Below, piece by piece: positions 38,623 to 50,600 of a stretch of DNA of 59,380 nt (its first letter is position 1; each line of letters begins with the position of its first letter). The notes beneath the pieces were generated by a model. It was not told where the DNA came from and did not search any database. It was given only the letters and a program-made list of their open reading frames with translations. Position numbers and translations under genes: made by a program. The stretch comes from Octopus sinensis (Eukaryota). The DNA is taken from positions 1-59,380 of the forward strand of contig NW_021835511.1 in NCBI RefSeq assembly GCF_006345805.1. Reading direction: 5' to 3'.

Positions 38623-39039
38623 AAGGCGGTGAGCTGGCAGAAACGTTAGCACGCCGGGCGAAATACTTAGCGGTATTTCGTCAGCAGTTACGTTCTGAGT
38701 TCAAATTCCGCCGAGGTCGACTTTCCCTTTCATCCTTTCGGGGTTGATAAATTAAGTACCGGTTACGCATTGGGGTTGATGTAATCGACTTAATACCTTT
38801 GTCTGTCCTTGTTTGTCCACTCTATGTTTAGCCCCTTGTGAGTAGTAAAGAAATAGGTATTTCGCCAGCAGTTACGTTCTGAGTTCAAATTCCGCCGAGG
38901 TCGACTTTGCTTTTCATCCTTTCGGGGTCGATTGAATAAGTACCAGTTACGCACTGGGGTCGATATAATCGACTTAATCCGTTTGTCTGTCCTTGTTTGT
39001 CCTCTCTGTGTTTAGCCCCTTGTGGGCAATAAAGAAATA
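38623..39039 (+). mobile_element. SINE-A dimer (head + two tail-1 units)
   Basis: Unit 2 restarts at 38856 (GGTATTTCGCCAGCAGTTACG); the two tails differ at several positions. Confidence 0.9.
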
Positions 39040-39458
39040 ATAACATCAAAAGTAATGGTGATGATAATGCTAATAACAAACACATTCATACATAAACTGA
39101 ACGCCTCAAACTTAGTTAATAGTTACGTTACTATTTTCGTTAATCTCGGCGCATATCATGGAACCATGAGAGATTGCCTCTGAGACGTTCCTTGCCATTT
39201 TGGCAAGTATGTTGTGTCTAACTGCTAATATGGCACTGCTTTCGTTTCCTTCTTATCAATCAGAAACATCGAAACGAAACCCAAAATACACACACGGAAA
39301 ACTCCCACCCCAGAACAACAATCAACCCCACCATCCTCATCAGCAACATCAACAAACACGGTACCATCTCCGCTCAGACCTCAGCCCCCCCCCCCCCAAT
39401 ACCGCCGTTAATTCCCGTTGCTATTATCATCTCATCGTCGCAGTCACCACAGAAACTA

Positions 39459-39532
<74 letters not shown>

Positions 39533-39685
39533 GTGGTGGTGGTGATGATGATGATGGTGATGATGACGACAGCATTATCACTATCTTCAACCATTAACAT
39601 AACCTTCGCACCATCACCACCACCACCACCAAAATTACCATTTCTATTTGCATAATTACGATCATTCTAGTAACTTCATCATCAC

Positions 39686-39716
<31 letters not shown>

Positions 39717-39920
39717 CACCCACCACGACCAGTCTCACCATGATTACTTCCCCTGTCAGGGTCATATGTAACATGACAACCACAACGCCATCGCCACATT
39801 GACCCAATCCCTAACATCATCGCCATTATACAACGAAAAGGAACGGGAAACACTAACAATAACAACAGCCACTGCCGCAGCAGCAGAGCCAGCAGCAGCA
39901 GAGGCAGTAGCAACAGCAGT

Positions 39921-40314
39921 GGAGGCGTAATGGCCGAATGGTTAGGGCAGCGGACTCGCGGTCGGGGGATCGCGGTTTCGATTCCCAGACCGGGCGTTGT
40001 ATGTGTCTATTGAGCGAAAACACCTAATGCTCCACGAGGCTCTGGCAGGGGGTAGTGGCGACTCCTGTTGTACTCTTTCGCCCCCAACTTTCTCTCACTC
40101 TTTCTTCCTGTTTCTTCTCCCCGACTTCCTACGCAACTGCTGAGCCTGGATGCGCATTCGTCCATCCGTCGATGCTCTCGGTGTCGGGGGTTGACCTGCT
40201 TTCTCTTCTGCGGGCCTTACGAATAGCAAAGGACCACGTTTCGAACTTCTCCCATCTTGCAAGCTCTGGGACGAAGACCGTTCGCTCAACAAACAAACAA
40301 ACAAACAAACAAAC
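39921..40314 (+). mobile_element. SINE family C, full length (tRNA-like head, (AAAC)n tail)
   Basis: A box TGGCCGAATGG and B box GGTTTCGATTCCC, followed by about 290 bp of body shared with 14585-14840. Confidence 0.9.
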
Positions 40315-40544
40315 AGCAGCAGCAGCAGCAGCGGTAGCAGCTGTAGCAGCAGCAGTAGTAGAAGCTTCAGCAGTAGTAGCAGTAGTAACAGTAGTAATAG
40401 TAGTAGCAGTAGTAGTAGTTGTAGTTGTAGTAGTAGTTGGAGGCAAGGATGGAGCCTCCAGTGAGCTTAAGCGGGAACGTCTACAAGCCAAGGATAGAAT
40501 TTCTACGAAGCCAATCAGAGAGCGTCTAGCGAACTGAGCGAGAA

Positions 40545-41228
40545 AAGGAAGCTCTCCGAAGTGAATTCCAGAGCTTTTGAGACATTTTCACGAGAGCCAT
40601 TCATTAATTTCAAAGAAGATAAAACTCTAACCTTCAAAGTTGAATCCTCTTACTTCATCGCACTACGTGAAGGCCCCATAAACCCCTCCAAAATGAAGGT
40701 GTCCAGGTGTCCAGGTGTCCCTTGTTACAGTCTCCATCTTTTCAATGTCATCAAAACGACTGCCCCTGAAGTTCTTCTTCAGCTTGGGAATCAACCAAAA
40801 GTCATAGAAAGCCAAGTCTGGACTGCAGGAGAAGTGTGAGACTGTTTTGATGGCCATCTCTGTCAAGTAGTTAGTTACCCGGGTGGAACTGTGGGACTGT
40901 GGACTGCTGCATTGTCCTGGTGCAGATGCTCTGGCCTTTTGCGACGAATTCTCTTCTTGAACTCCCTCAAAATCCTCAAAAGTACTCTTTATCGACCGTC
41001 TGGCCAGAGGGAACCCATTGGATATAGATGATGCCTTTGGTGTCGAAAAAGGGGATCATCATGAGTTCCCGGCGGACTTGCATTGCCTGGCCTCTTGTAC
41101 CTACAAAATACAGATGCTCAGCTCATACAAATTAATCCATAAGCTGTCTGGAGTTTCTGATGCGTTTGGCTCAATCTAACACAAACATTTCTTATATAGC
41201 AAGCTTCCGAACTCTTTTCACGCCCCGT
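40545..41228 (-). mobile_element. Mariner relic, internally deleted
   Basis: SHFSCSPDLAFYDFWLIPKLKKNFRGSRFDDIE, plus LHQDNA-like coding near 40920; TIR-like end at 41228. Confidence 0.8.
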
Positions 41229-41237
41229 CTGCTTTCT

Positions 41238-41416
41238 TATTTCTTTATTACCCACAAGGGGCTAAACACAGAGAGGACAAATAAGGACAGACAAACAGAA
41301 GGCTTTGGTCGGCCCGAGGCTATAGCAGAAGACACTTACCCAGGGTGCCCTGAAAGTGGGACTGAAACCGAAACCATATGGTTAGGAAGTAAACTTCTTA
41401 CCACACAGCCACACCT
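41238..41416 (-). mobile_element. Chimeric SINE: family B head joined to family A tail
   Basis: B-type 41299-41416 directly fused to A-type tail 41238-41296. Confidence 0.8.
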
Positions 41417-41650
41417 ACCCCTATTTATTCTTTCTTTAATTTCTTCTTCGCGTTATTCAGTTATTTCCTTATTAATTAATTTAATCATTAATTTATTCAA
41501 ACAGTCACTTATTTCTTTTATTTTCTCCTTCTCTCATTCTATTATTTACTTATCTATTAACTCATTTACTCATACATTATTTCTTTCATTCAAATCTTTG
41601 CTTTTTAATCATTCATTCACTCATTCCTGCTGTATTTCCTATATTTATGC

Positions 41651-41842
41651 TCTTTACTCTCTTTTACTTGTTTCAGTCATTTGACTGTGGCCGTGCTGGT
41701 GCACTGCCTTTAGTCGAGCAAATCGACCCCAGGACTTATTCTTTGTAAGCCTAGTACTTATTCTATCGGTTTGTTTTACCGAACTGCTAAGTTACAGGGG
41801 ACGTAAACACACCAGCATCGGTTGTCAAGCGATGTTGGGGGA

Positions 41843-41873
<31 letters not shown>

Positions 41874-41906
41874 CACACACACACACACACACACATATAC
41901 ATACAC
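41651..41906 (-). mobile_element. SINE-B 3' half
   Basis: Tail through the internal (CA)n; the head is missing beyond the Helitron. Confidence 0.9.
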
Positions 41907-41907
41907 A

Positions 41908-42201
41908 TCTTTATATATAAAAGTCAAGTTGTGTGTCTGTCTTCTACGATTTAGATTCCTAACTACTCCCACATTTTGCGGTGCAGTTTAACCAAAACCG
42001 GGTATCTTATAGTCGTGATTCATATCGAGCCCTTCTGGGTATTAGCGCATGTCTATGATGAGTCTACGATTTAAAAAAAATTTACCATCATTTTTTTCCA
42101 TTTTTAATGCATTTTTTTGCTTTTTTTGGCTATAACTCTCTAAAAATGCTTATATAGTTATTTCCCCTACAAACCCGAGCAACGCCGGGCGATACTGATA
42201 G
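41908..42201 (+). mobile_element. Helitron-type MITE
   Basis: A|TCTTTATATATAAAA start, subterminal hairpin CCCGAGCAACGCCGGG, end ATAG|T (CTAG in the second copy). Confidence 0.8.
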
Positions 42202-42202
42202 T

Positions 42203-42703
42203 ATTTATATAAACGTCATGGCTCGACGAAGAAATTCAAGACTCAGTTTTCCGCGGAAAAGGTGATGCTAACCATTTTTTGGGGACTCAAAAGGGCCTGT
42301 ACAGTGCTTTGCTGGCCAGCAAACCGAAGCCAGCAATTTGCACGAAATGCCGAAGCCACTTGTCAAAAAAACTTTTGTTGTTATATGACAATACACGCCC
42401 ACTCACGGCCACCTCCTCAGACCGTTGAAACCATTAACCAATTGTACTAAAAGCGCCTGGCACACCTTCCGACCAAAGAAATCAGATCCCTGCTCTTTGT
42501 TCTTCTTTGGTGCACATTGCTAGTGGAGCGGCCATGCTTACACTGTAAAGCCAGAAAGAAAATGGCGCGATCAGGCTAAAAAAAAAAAATCACGTGACCA
42601 CAATAGTACCAACTATAAGCACGCATGCGCAGAAGGCAGTGTGACAATAATATAGATATGTTATGGCGAAAATGTGAATAATTTTTGACTTACGCTCGCA
42701 TAT
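42203..42703 (+). mobile_element. Mariner 3' half relic
   Basis: KKFKTQFSAEKVMLTIFW..LLYDN.RP..TVETINQL; ends in the TIR-like ATAATTTTTGACTTACGCTCG. Confidence 0.75.
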
Positions 42704-42739
42704 ATTTCTTTACCTACCCCCTAAGGATTAACCCCCTAA

Positions 42740-43640
42740 GTTAATCCTTTGTGTATTTCTTCGTTCTTTCATTCACTTATGCTGATTTATATTAATTAAT
42801 TAATTCATACAATTATTTATTCATCCAGTCATTTAACTACTTACTCATTCCTTCATCTTTTCTTTCATTTATTTAATTTTTCATTCACTCAACCATTTAA
42901 TCCTTTACTCCTTCCTTTCTCCTTTCCTTGAATTATTTATTTATGAAGTTAATCATTCTTTAATTCACTCATTCAATCAGTTACTTATTTATTCAGGATT
43001 TCTTTAAATTATTTATTTTCATTCTTTTACTTTTTCTATACTTCATTCATTCTTTCATTCATTTATTTATTCTGTCATTCATTCATTATTCAATCATTCA
43101 CTTATTCAATCATTTACTTAATCATTTCCTCTTCGTTCATTCTTTTTATACTTATTTATTCACCTATTCACTTATTCACTCGTTGACTCATTCATTCATT
43201 ATTTCGTTCAATAATTTTTAAATATAATCATTCATTTTTTCCTTCATTCACTGATTCATTTATTCTTCATTCATCCTCTTTGATTTTCTCCTTTGTTCCT
43301 CCGTTTTTTTCATTATATCATTTTTTATTTATTCACTCATTCACTCCTTCATCTATTCATCAAGTATTTTCTTTCTTTATTTATTTGTTTGGTCACTCCT
43401 TCAATTATTCCCCCCCCCTTTCTTCGTTCGCTCTTTCATTTTATAATTTACTATTTTATTTATTCACTCACTGTTATTATTCAGAAATAAATTTATTCAT
43501 TCATTTATTTATCTATACGTTCACTCATTCACTTATTCACGTCTTCATTCATTCATTCATTCATTCATTCATTCATTCATTCAATCATTTTCACTCCTTC
43601 CTTCCTTCCTTCCTGCCTTCCTGCCGCCCTTCATTTTAAA
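42740..43640. repeat. Degenerate (ATTC)n / pyrimidine-rich low-complexity tract
   Basis: Directly visible. Confidence 0.8.
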
Positions 43641-44053
43641 TATTTATTTATACACAGTTTCATTGCAAACGACGACAGATGTAATCCGTGAAAGCATCCC
43701 CTAAAATAACAACAACCCGCACAAAAAACAAAAACAACAACAAAAAACAAAGCAAAAAACAAAACAAAACAAAGCAAAAACAAAAGCAAAAAACTAACAA
43801 CAACAACATCACTAACAACAACCCCCAAAACAACAAACAGTCAACTTAATGCACTCTTTATTTTATGTTATTGTCTCCCATTTTTTCTTTCATTTTAAAA
43901 CTCCAAGCGCAGCAGTTGTAAAACGGCGCTCAATTGTCTCATCTCTCTCTCTCTCTCCTCTACTCCTTCATCCTCATAATTTTCATCAACCTCGTTAACC
44001 TCTCCTTTCCCCTCTTCACTTTTTCCGTCTCAACTCCACTCCTCTTCCGTTCC

Positions 44054-44092
<39 letters not shown>

Positions 44093-44621
44093 CTCCCCTG
44101 TTTTTTCTTTACAAGTTCCTGTAACTCTGTTACATCAGTTAAACTCTCGATAAATCACTAAATTACTAATTAGATCTTCTACGGAAACAGAGAAATATTA
44201 ATATACATCTTAAGCTGTTTTCTCTCTAAATCGGGTTTTGCAGTTATTTTTGCTTTGACGTTCGCTGGTCCGTTTGTTCGTCGTTGCTCGTTGATCGCTG
44301 ATCGCTGTTTGCTGCGAGGCATTATCTGGACGGTTGCATGAGACGACGTCTGTCGAAACGGTAGACGCACACACATCTGCACAGACTACTTACACACACA
44401 CACACACACGCCCACACACACACACACACATACATATACACGCATACAAATATATATGTACGTATACATACACACACACACAAATATATATATACATATA
44501 TATGACCATGCACGCACAGATATGCAAGCACACACATATGCACGTACCCATAAACATACGTACACGCGCACACACACGAACACACACGCATACACACACA
44601 CACACACACCACACACACACA

Positions 44622-44659
<38 letters not shown>

Positions 44660-45860
44660 TTGAGTGCCTGAACGTGCCAGCATACGTTTAACAGATATTG
44701 TGAAATACTGTTTAATCATGACAGCATTTATTTTATTTTATTTCATTCGTTCATTTTATATATTTTTTTTCTTTATAAATTATTTCCATCCGTGACACAA
44801 ACAGTCTGTTCAAAGGAGACAAGCACAAACCAGTCTCGCTCATTCACTCATTCATTCATTCATTTATTCTTAGAATCCGTTATAGTGGTGGAGGGGTGTG
44901 AGAGGGTCAGAGTAATAAAATGGAAAGTAGGGTAACATACTTCGATAATAAAATTCGCAAGTTCGTATGTCGTGCGAAGACAAAAATAGTGATATTTCCA
45001 ACAAAACATTTAAAGAGAGAAAAAGCAGTCTCCTCGACAACGATCAGTTTTACTCGAAATCTCAACATTCTCAGTTAAGCATAAGTATTGTGTAGGGATT
45101 TACTTGCAAACTCCGGTGAATCGGTTCGAATCTGGACCTATTCTTAATCACAGGGTCGATTCCAGATTAAGATTTTTTCAGTTCACCTACTTCACATACC
45201 TATAACTTGCAGTTTTAATCAACAACTTATAGGCATGCTAGTAAGCTTGGATGACTACCTCTTGAAATGTAGAAAAACATTGAATTCTTCGATGATAGAG
45301 ACCGAACGTACTGTTCGATGTTGAGGGAGGTTTTGAAGTCACACCAGTCGATTAAAACATGTATTTCAGGGAAGATGAAATGGGATGTTGCGCGCAGTAC
45401 TTGATTGACTTCAAAAGAAAGTGAAGGTCCATAATTGTTTTATTGGAAGGTCCCGAGGGTGTTTTGAAAGTGATTAAATCATTCGAATGACAACTGACCA
45501 CATCGATCCAGTTAGGCTTATACGCAGATAATCAGGTCATCGATTATTGCCCCCTCAGAAAAGTATTGAATCAACAAAATCTCTCCTATTTACTGATACC
45601 TGGATCTTACTCAAATAAAAAAGAGGATCATTTAAACACTACACTCATAGTTCAGTGGACCCCCTTTTTGTTTTTTCATTTCAGTTTTGCTCTTAGCATG
45701 AACACAACATTCACCCTTTCATGAAAAAACAAAATCATTACAAAATTGTGCTAATGTAACATCCGTTTCTTCTTCTTGACTCCTACTGCCTGGGTTCAGG
45801 GTTTCTAATCTCACCGCATTAAGTAACTCATTAAGATCAGTTAATACATCAGTTAATTAC

Positions 45861-45862
<2 letters not shown>

Positions 45863-45943
<81 letters not shown>

Positions 45944-45956
45944 GCCTGCCTGTCTG

Positions 45957-46037
<81 letters not shown>

Positions 46038-46224
46038 ATGCATATGTACATACACATACTCACATTCGAGCGCGCGCACACACTCGTACACACACACACA
46101 CACACGTATAGTCACGTTAATGAAATCAAGAAAAAAATGGAGGATTATCTTTAACACACCACACACACTCACACGGATACATACACACACATACACACGC
46201 GTACACTCACGCACGCACACGCAC

Positions 46225-46267
<43 letters not shown>

Positions 46268-46347
46268 GAGAGAGTAAAGAGTGGGCAAGAGAGAGGAAAA
46301 GAGATAGAGATACAAATAGATAAATAGATAGATAGATAGATAGATAG

Positions 46348-46402
<55 letters not shown>

Positions 46403-46410
46403 GAGAGTGA
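45863..46410. repeat. (TATC)n/(TGTC)n, (CA)n, (GA)n, (GATA)n microsatellites
   Basis: Directly visible. Confidence 0.9.
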
Positions 46411-47035
46411 GAGAGAGAGAGTTAGGTGATATAAAGAGGAGGTCTTGTTTGGCTTATAAGGTTATAAAGGTCTGTCGTCAATCGAGCCGATCTCGCATAG
46501 CAAGAGGTTAATTTGTTATGTATTGATAACGAGGTATGAAACTCGGTCGGAAAAGCCATATGATTGCCCCACCTTCCAACATTCACGCGTCTCCGATCAA
46601 TGCTATTAGCACTCAGTCATTAGCGATTAAAACAAAACTATAGATTAACAGGGGAAAGCTAATCTCGTGAAAACGCCTTCCAGCTATGCTAGCTACGACC
46701 CAAACAACCGGGCGACAATGACAGCGTGTTTCTCGTGACATCAATCCAATTAGAGGGCAATGGGCTGGAGGGTGGTTGAACACGGTGGAGCAGTGTAGGA
46801 TGCGACGAGTGGGGTGACGGCGGTGGTGGTCGGCAGAGTTGGTTTATTTGAGTGTTAATCTGTGGTGGTAGTGGTGTTAATGTTTGATGGCGAATGCCGA
46901 GTGGTGAACGGTGATTGGTGATTGGTTAAATGGCAAGAATCAAGGGTTTCGCTGGCAAGTGTTAATGTGTTGCTGGTTGTCGGAGAAGCTTAGCGTTGTT
47001 GTTAACGATGTTGATGGGGATGCAGGCAGTAGCAA

Positions 47036-47432
47036 TACTCTTTTACTTGTTTCAGTCATTTGACTGCGGCCATACTGGAGCACCGACTTTAATCGAGCAA
47101 ATCGGGACTTATTCTTTTGTAAGCCCAGTACTTATTCTATCGGTCTCTTTCGCCGAACCGCTAAGTAACGGGGACATAAACACACCAGCATCGGTTGTCA
47201 AGCAATGCTAAGGGGACAAACACAGACACACAAACACATACATACATACATATACATATATATATATACGACAGGCTTCTTTCAGTTTCCGTCTACCAAA
47301 TCAACTCACAAGGCTTTGGTCGGCCCGAGGCTATAGTAGAAGACACTTGCCCAAGGTGCCACGCAGTGGGACTGAACCCGAAACCATGTGGTCGGTAAAC
47401 AATCTACTTACCACACAGCCACTCCTGCGCCT
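47036..47432 (-). mobile_element. SINE-B, full length
   Basis: Complete head to tail (..CACACAGCCACTCCTGCGCCT). Confidence 0.92.
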
Positions 47433-47682
47433 ATAGTGATTATTGTTGATGCTTTGTCCTGGGTCAGCCCTGATCGACTAAACTTGTAATGGAAAACATT
47501 TCTACCGTAACCATCCTGAGCTTTCTATATGTAGGGAACACGAGACCACATTATCTAGATCAGTGGTTCTCAACGGGGGTCCTTGGTGGTCTATGTGATT
47601 CTTTTGCTAAAATTTATGGGCAATAAACTGGTTATACTTCTACAATACACAAAATGTTTAAGTAGTTTTTATACAATTCCTA

Positions 47683-50600
47683 GGCACTGGAGTGGTTCCG
47701 GGTTCAGTTCTACTACATGGCACCTTGGGCAAGTGTCTTCTATAGCCTCGGGCCGCCCAAAGCCTGTGAATGGACTTGGTTGGGGAAATGAAAGAAGCCC
47801 GTCGTATATATATATATATATATATATTATATAATTATATAATTATAATATAATATATATATAATATATATATACGAGAAAGAAGCAACAAGAATGGATA
47901 GGTTTTTAGTACGATCTTTTCATACAAGGACAGGTTTTATTAAAAGTTGCAAAGATTACAGCATATAAACGAGTCCCGTACTCATCAGCTAAATACATGT
48001 AAGTTCTCTAGACATCCTAGTGTTGAGGCTATACTCATGAAGTAATGTAGATAATTAAACAGATTTCTAAAGTTCATTAAAGTTCTTTAAAGATGATGTA
48101 CAGTCTTATCACAGAATTTTAAAAAAGTTTTGATAGCATCACAGAGAAGGTGACCTAATCCATATGAATTTCCATAGATATTATGAGGGATTATATACTC
48201 ACAGAAGACAAATTATCCATTGTTAATTACAACGAGGTGGGTCTCAATTCCTGCTTATTAGCATTACAGAGAGGGTGAATTAATCCTTTGTATAGATGCA
48301 CAGATTCCAATGGTGTAGATGTAAATTTCCAGAGAAATGGAGATGAATTTCATATTCACAGGCGATAAATTTTACAATGGTTGAACACAATGAGGTAGGT
48401 ATCAATCCTTGTTATATGATTAGGTATTTGCCACATTAATCACATTACTGCTATTCACAAGAGGCTGTAGCTATTTAACTCTTAAAGGCTGAAGGGCTTC
48501 TAGATCGGCCAAGAATAGAGAAGGGAATAGAAGAAAAGAGAGAAAATAATGGAGGAGGGAGCAAAAAGGGGGGGGGGGAAAGGGGGACTAAAAGAGAAGA
48601 GAAAAGGAAACAGAGAATAAGAAGAAGAAAAAAGAAAAAAGAGAAAAGAGAAAGAAATAGGGAAAGAAGGGAAAAAAAGAAAAAGAAAAAAAGAGGGTTC
48701 TAGTTATACAGAAGAGTTAGTAGACTGCAAGTCTGGTTTTAATCAGCAGGCATCTAGGAACTAGAGGAGAATATATTCTTTGACCAGTAAACCGTTAATT
48801 TATTGCTGTTGAAATCAGCTATGAGTTTAAAGAGAATCTAAAGAGATAACACAGTCAGGGGTTAAGGGGTCAGATGCTAAAATCACCAGAAAATACATTA
48901 GGAAAATCTAAGTATAATCTTATCAAAAAGTCATTAAAAATTTACTTATTTATTTATTCATTTTATTGTCTTAAGGAGTTGTCGTTATTATTCATACATT
49001 GACTGACTACAGGTCAAATCTTATAAGATCATTTACAAGGTGTTAGGGGATTGTCTATCATAATGAAGATAATCATATTATCACCGAGGGAATAGCCTTA
49101 TTTATTTAATTATGAAATAGAATTATGGGGCTACAGTAACTCATTATAATTTATTAGAGTTATGCTACTTAAATTAGATTAGATTAAGTTAGGAATTAAA
49201 ATTAAATATTACAATTAAGATTTGAAATTAAGAATTTAAAAATTGTGAGTTTGAATTAAATAAAGCCTCATTAAGTAGCGAATAAGTACTATTCATTTCC
49301 TGTTCTCAAAAAACTGATGCAGATATAAGGAAAAAGATAAAGATAACTGTAATGTGAGAACTCTTAGTTATCTACTTAAAGCAGTGCTATACTAGTAGAA
49401 ATCAAGTTATATCTATCTATCTAGTTATGAATATTCCAATCATTTAAAAATTTTAAAGTCTTCAATTTAGCGTGGACACAAACTTGACCTAGTTCGATAT
49501 GGTTATTCAATAAGTTTCTATGTTTACTATGCTTTAGAATTTCGTACGTCTCCATGGAGCATAGTTGACAACCAACCCTACTATTTTTATACGGAATTGC
49601 TCTCCTAACTATTTCCCAATTAAGGGTATAATTTTTATTATTATTTTTGAGTTCCCAGATTTTGTTTGAAAGTGTGTGGTGGTACCAGCTTAATGACGTA
49701 ATTTAAAAGTCGAGATGTGATTTCTAACTCTGGCTAAAAAATTAATTGTACAGCCAATGTAAAAATATTTGTTATTCTCCGTGGATATGGTACATTTATA
49801 GATTACATTATTTTCCCTACATAGACCAGGTGCCGGGCATTTTGATTTTATTCTACACTTACACACAGGAGGAACAACTTCAGGCCTTGGATTATTCCTG
49901 GGTAGATGTTTAAGGTTCCTATTATTTTGATAATCATTTCTATAGTTGGTGCTGATATCTAAAGTATTGCTATTATTTATTGATCCTTCTGTTTCATCAT
50001 TTAGGTGTAAAGTCCTACCAAGATTTCTTATATTATTCGTAATGTTATTATTATGTTAGTCCTTTTATCCAACTGCATATTATTGTTATAGATATCACTG
50101 ATATTTTCATTCTCCTTATTTTCTCCATTAGCCTTAATTCTATTATTTCTATTATTAACAATATTATTCTATTAATATCGGCATTGTTATTATTACTATT
50201 AATGTTAATGTTATTAGTCATTCTGTGGTTACTAATTTCACCTATGTTTTGATAGTTCCTATTGCTGTTTTTATTGTTGGTAGTATTATTGTTATTGCTA
50301 TTGGTATTCATGCTGATATTATTATTTTTATTTCTATCTTTCCTGGCTAGTTTAATGTTGTTATTATTAATTTTAGCTATTAAAGTGGACATATTTGGGA
50401 GGGTTGAATAAGAAATCCTAACTGTTTTCCTAGAAATAATTCTATGATATCTATGAGAGATAGGGAAATTTTTTTCCAGAATCACTTTGAATTGTTCTGT
50501 ATATCCGATTGTATCGCACAGTTGAAAGGAATATTCAGCCATAATATATCTTTTTTATAAAATTTAGGGTTCGTAGAATTACTACTATTCATCTCACCGG

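Noticed and set aside
39921-39996. tRNA gene
   Set aside because: It has A and B boxes but no clean acceptor stem, and it continues into a SINE body and tail.
40055-40537. 160 aa ORF with poly-Ala/Val
   Set aside because: SINE-C body plus (CAG)/(TAG) repeats; not a gene.
44330-44370. GCATGA-GAC..GTC-GAAACGGTA hammerhead look-alike
   Set aside because: The core is non-canonical and no stem I can form.
49515-49570. Hammerhead-like ACTATGCT..GTACGAAA..AGCATAGT hairpin on minus
   Set aside because: No CTGANGA core; it lies in the Penelope C-terminal coding frame (CQLCSMETYEILKHSK).
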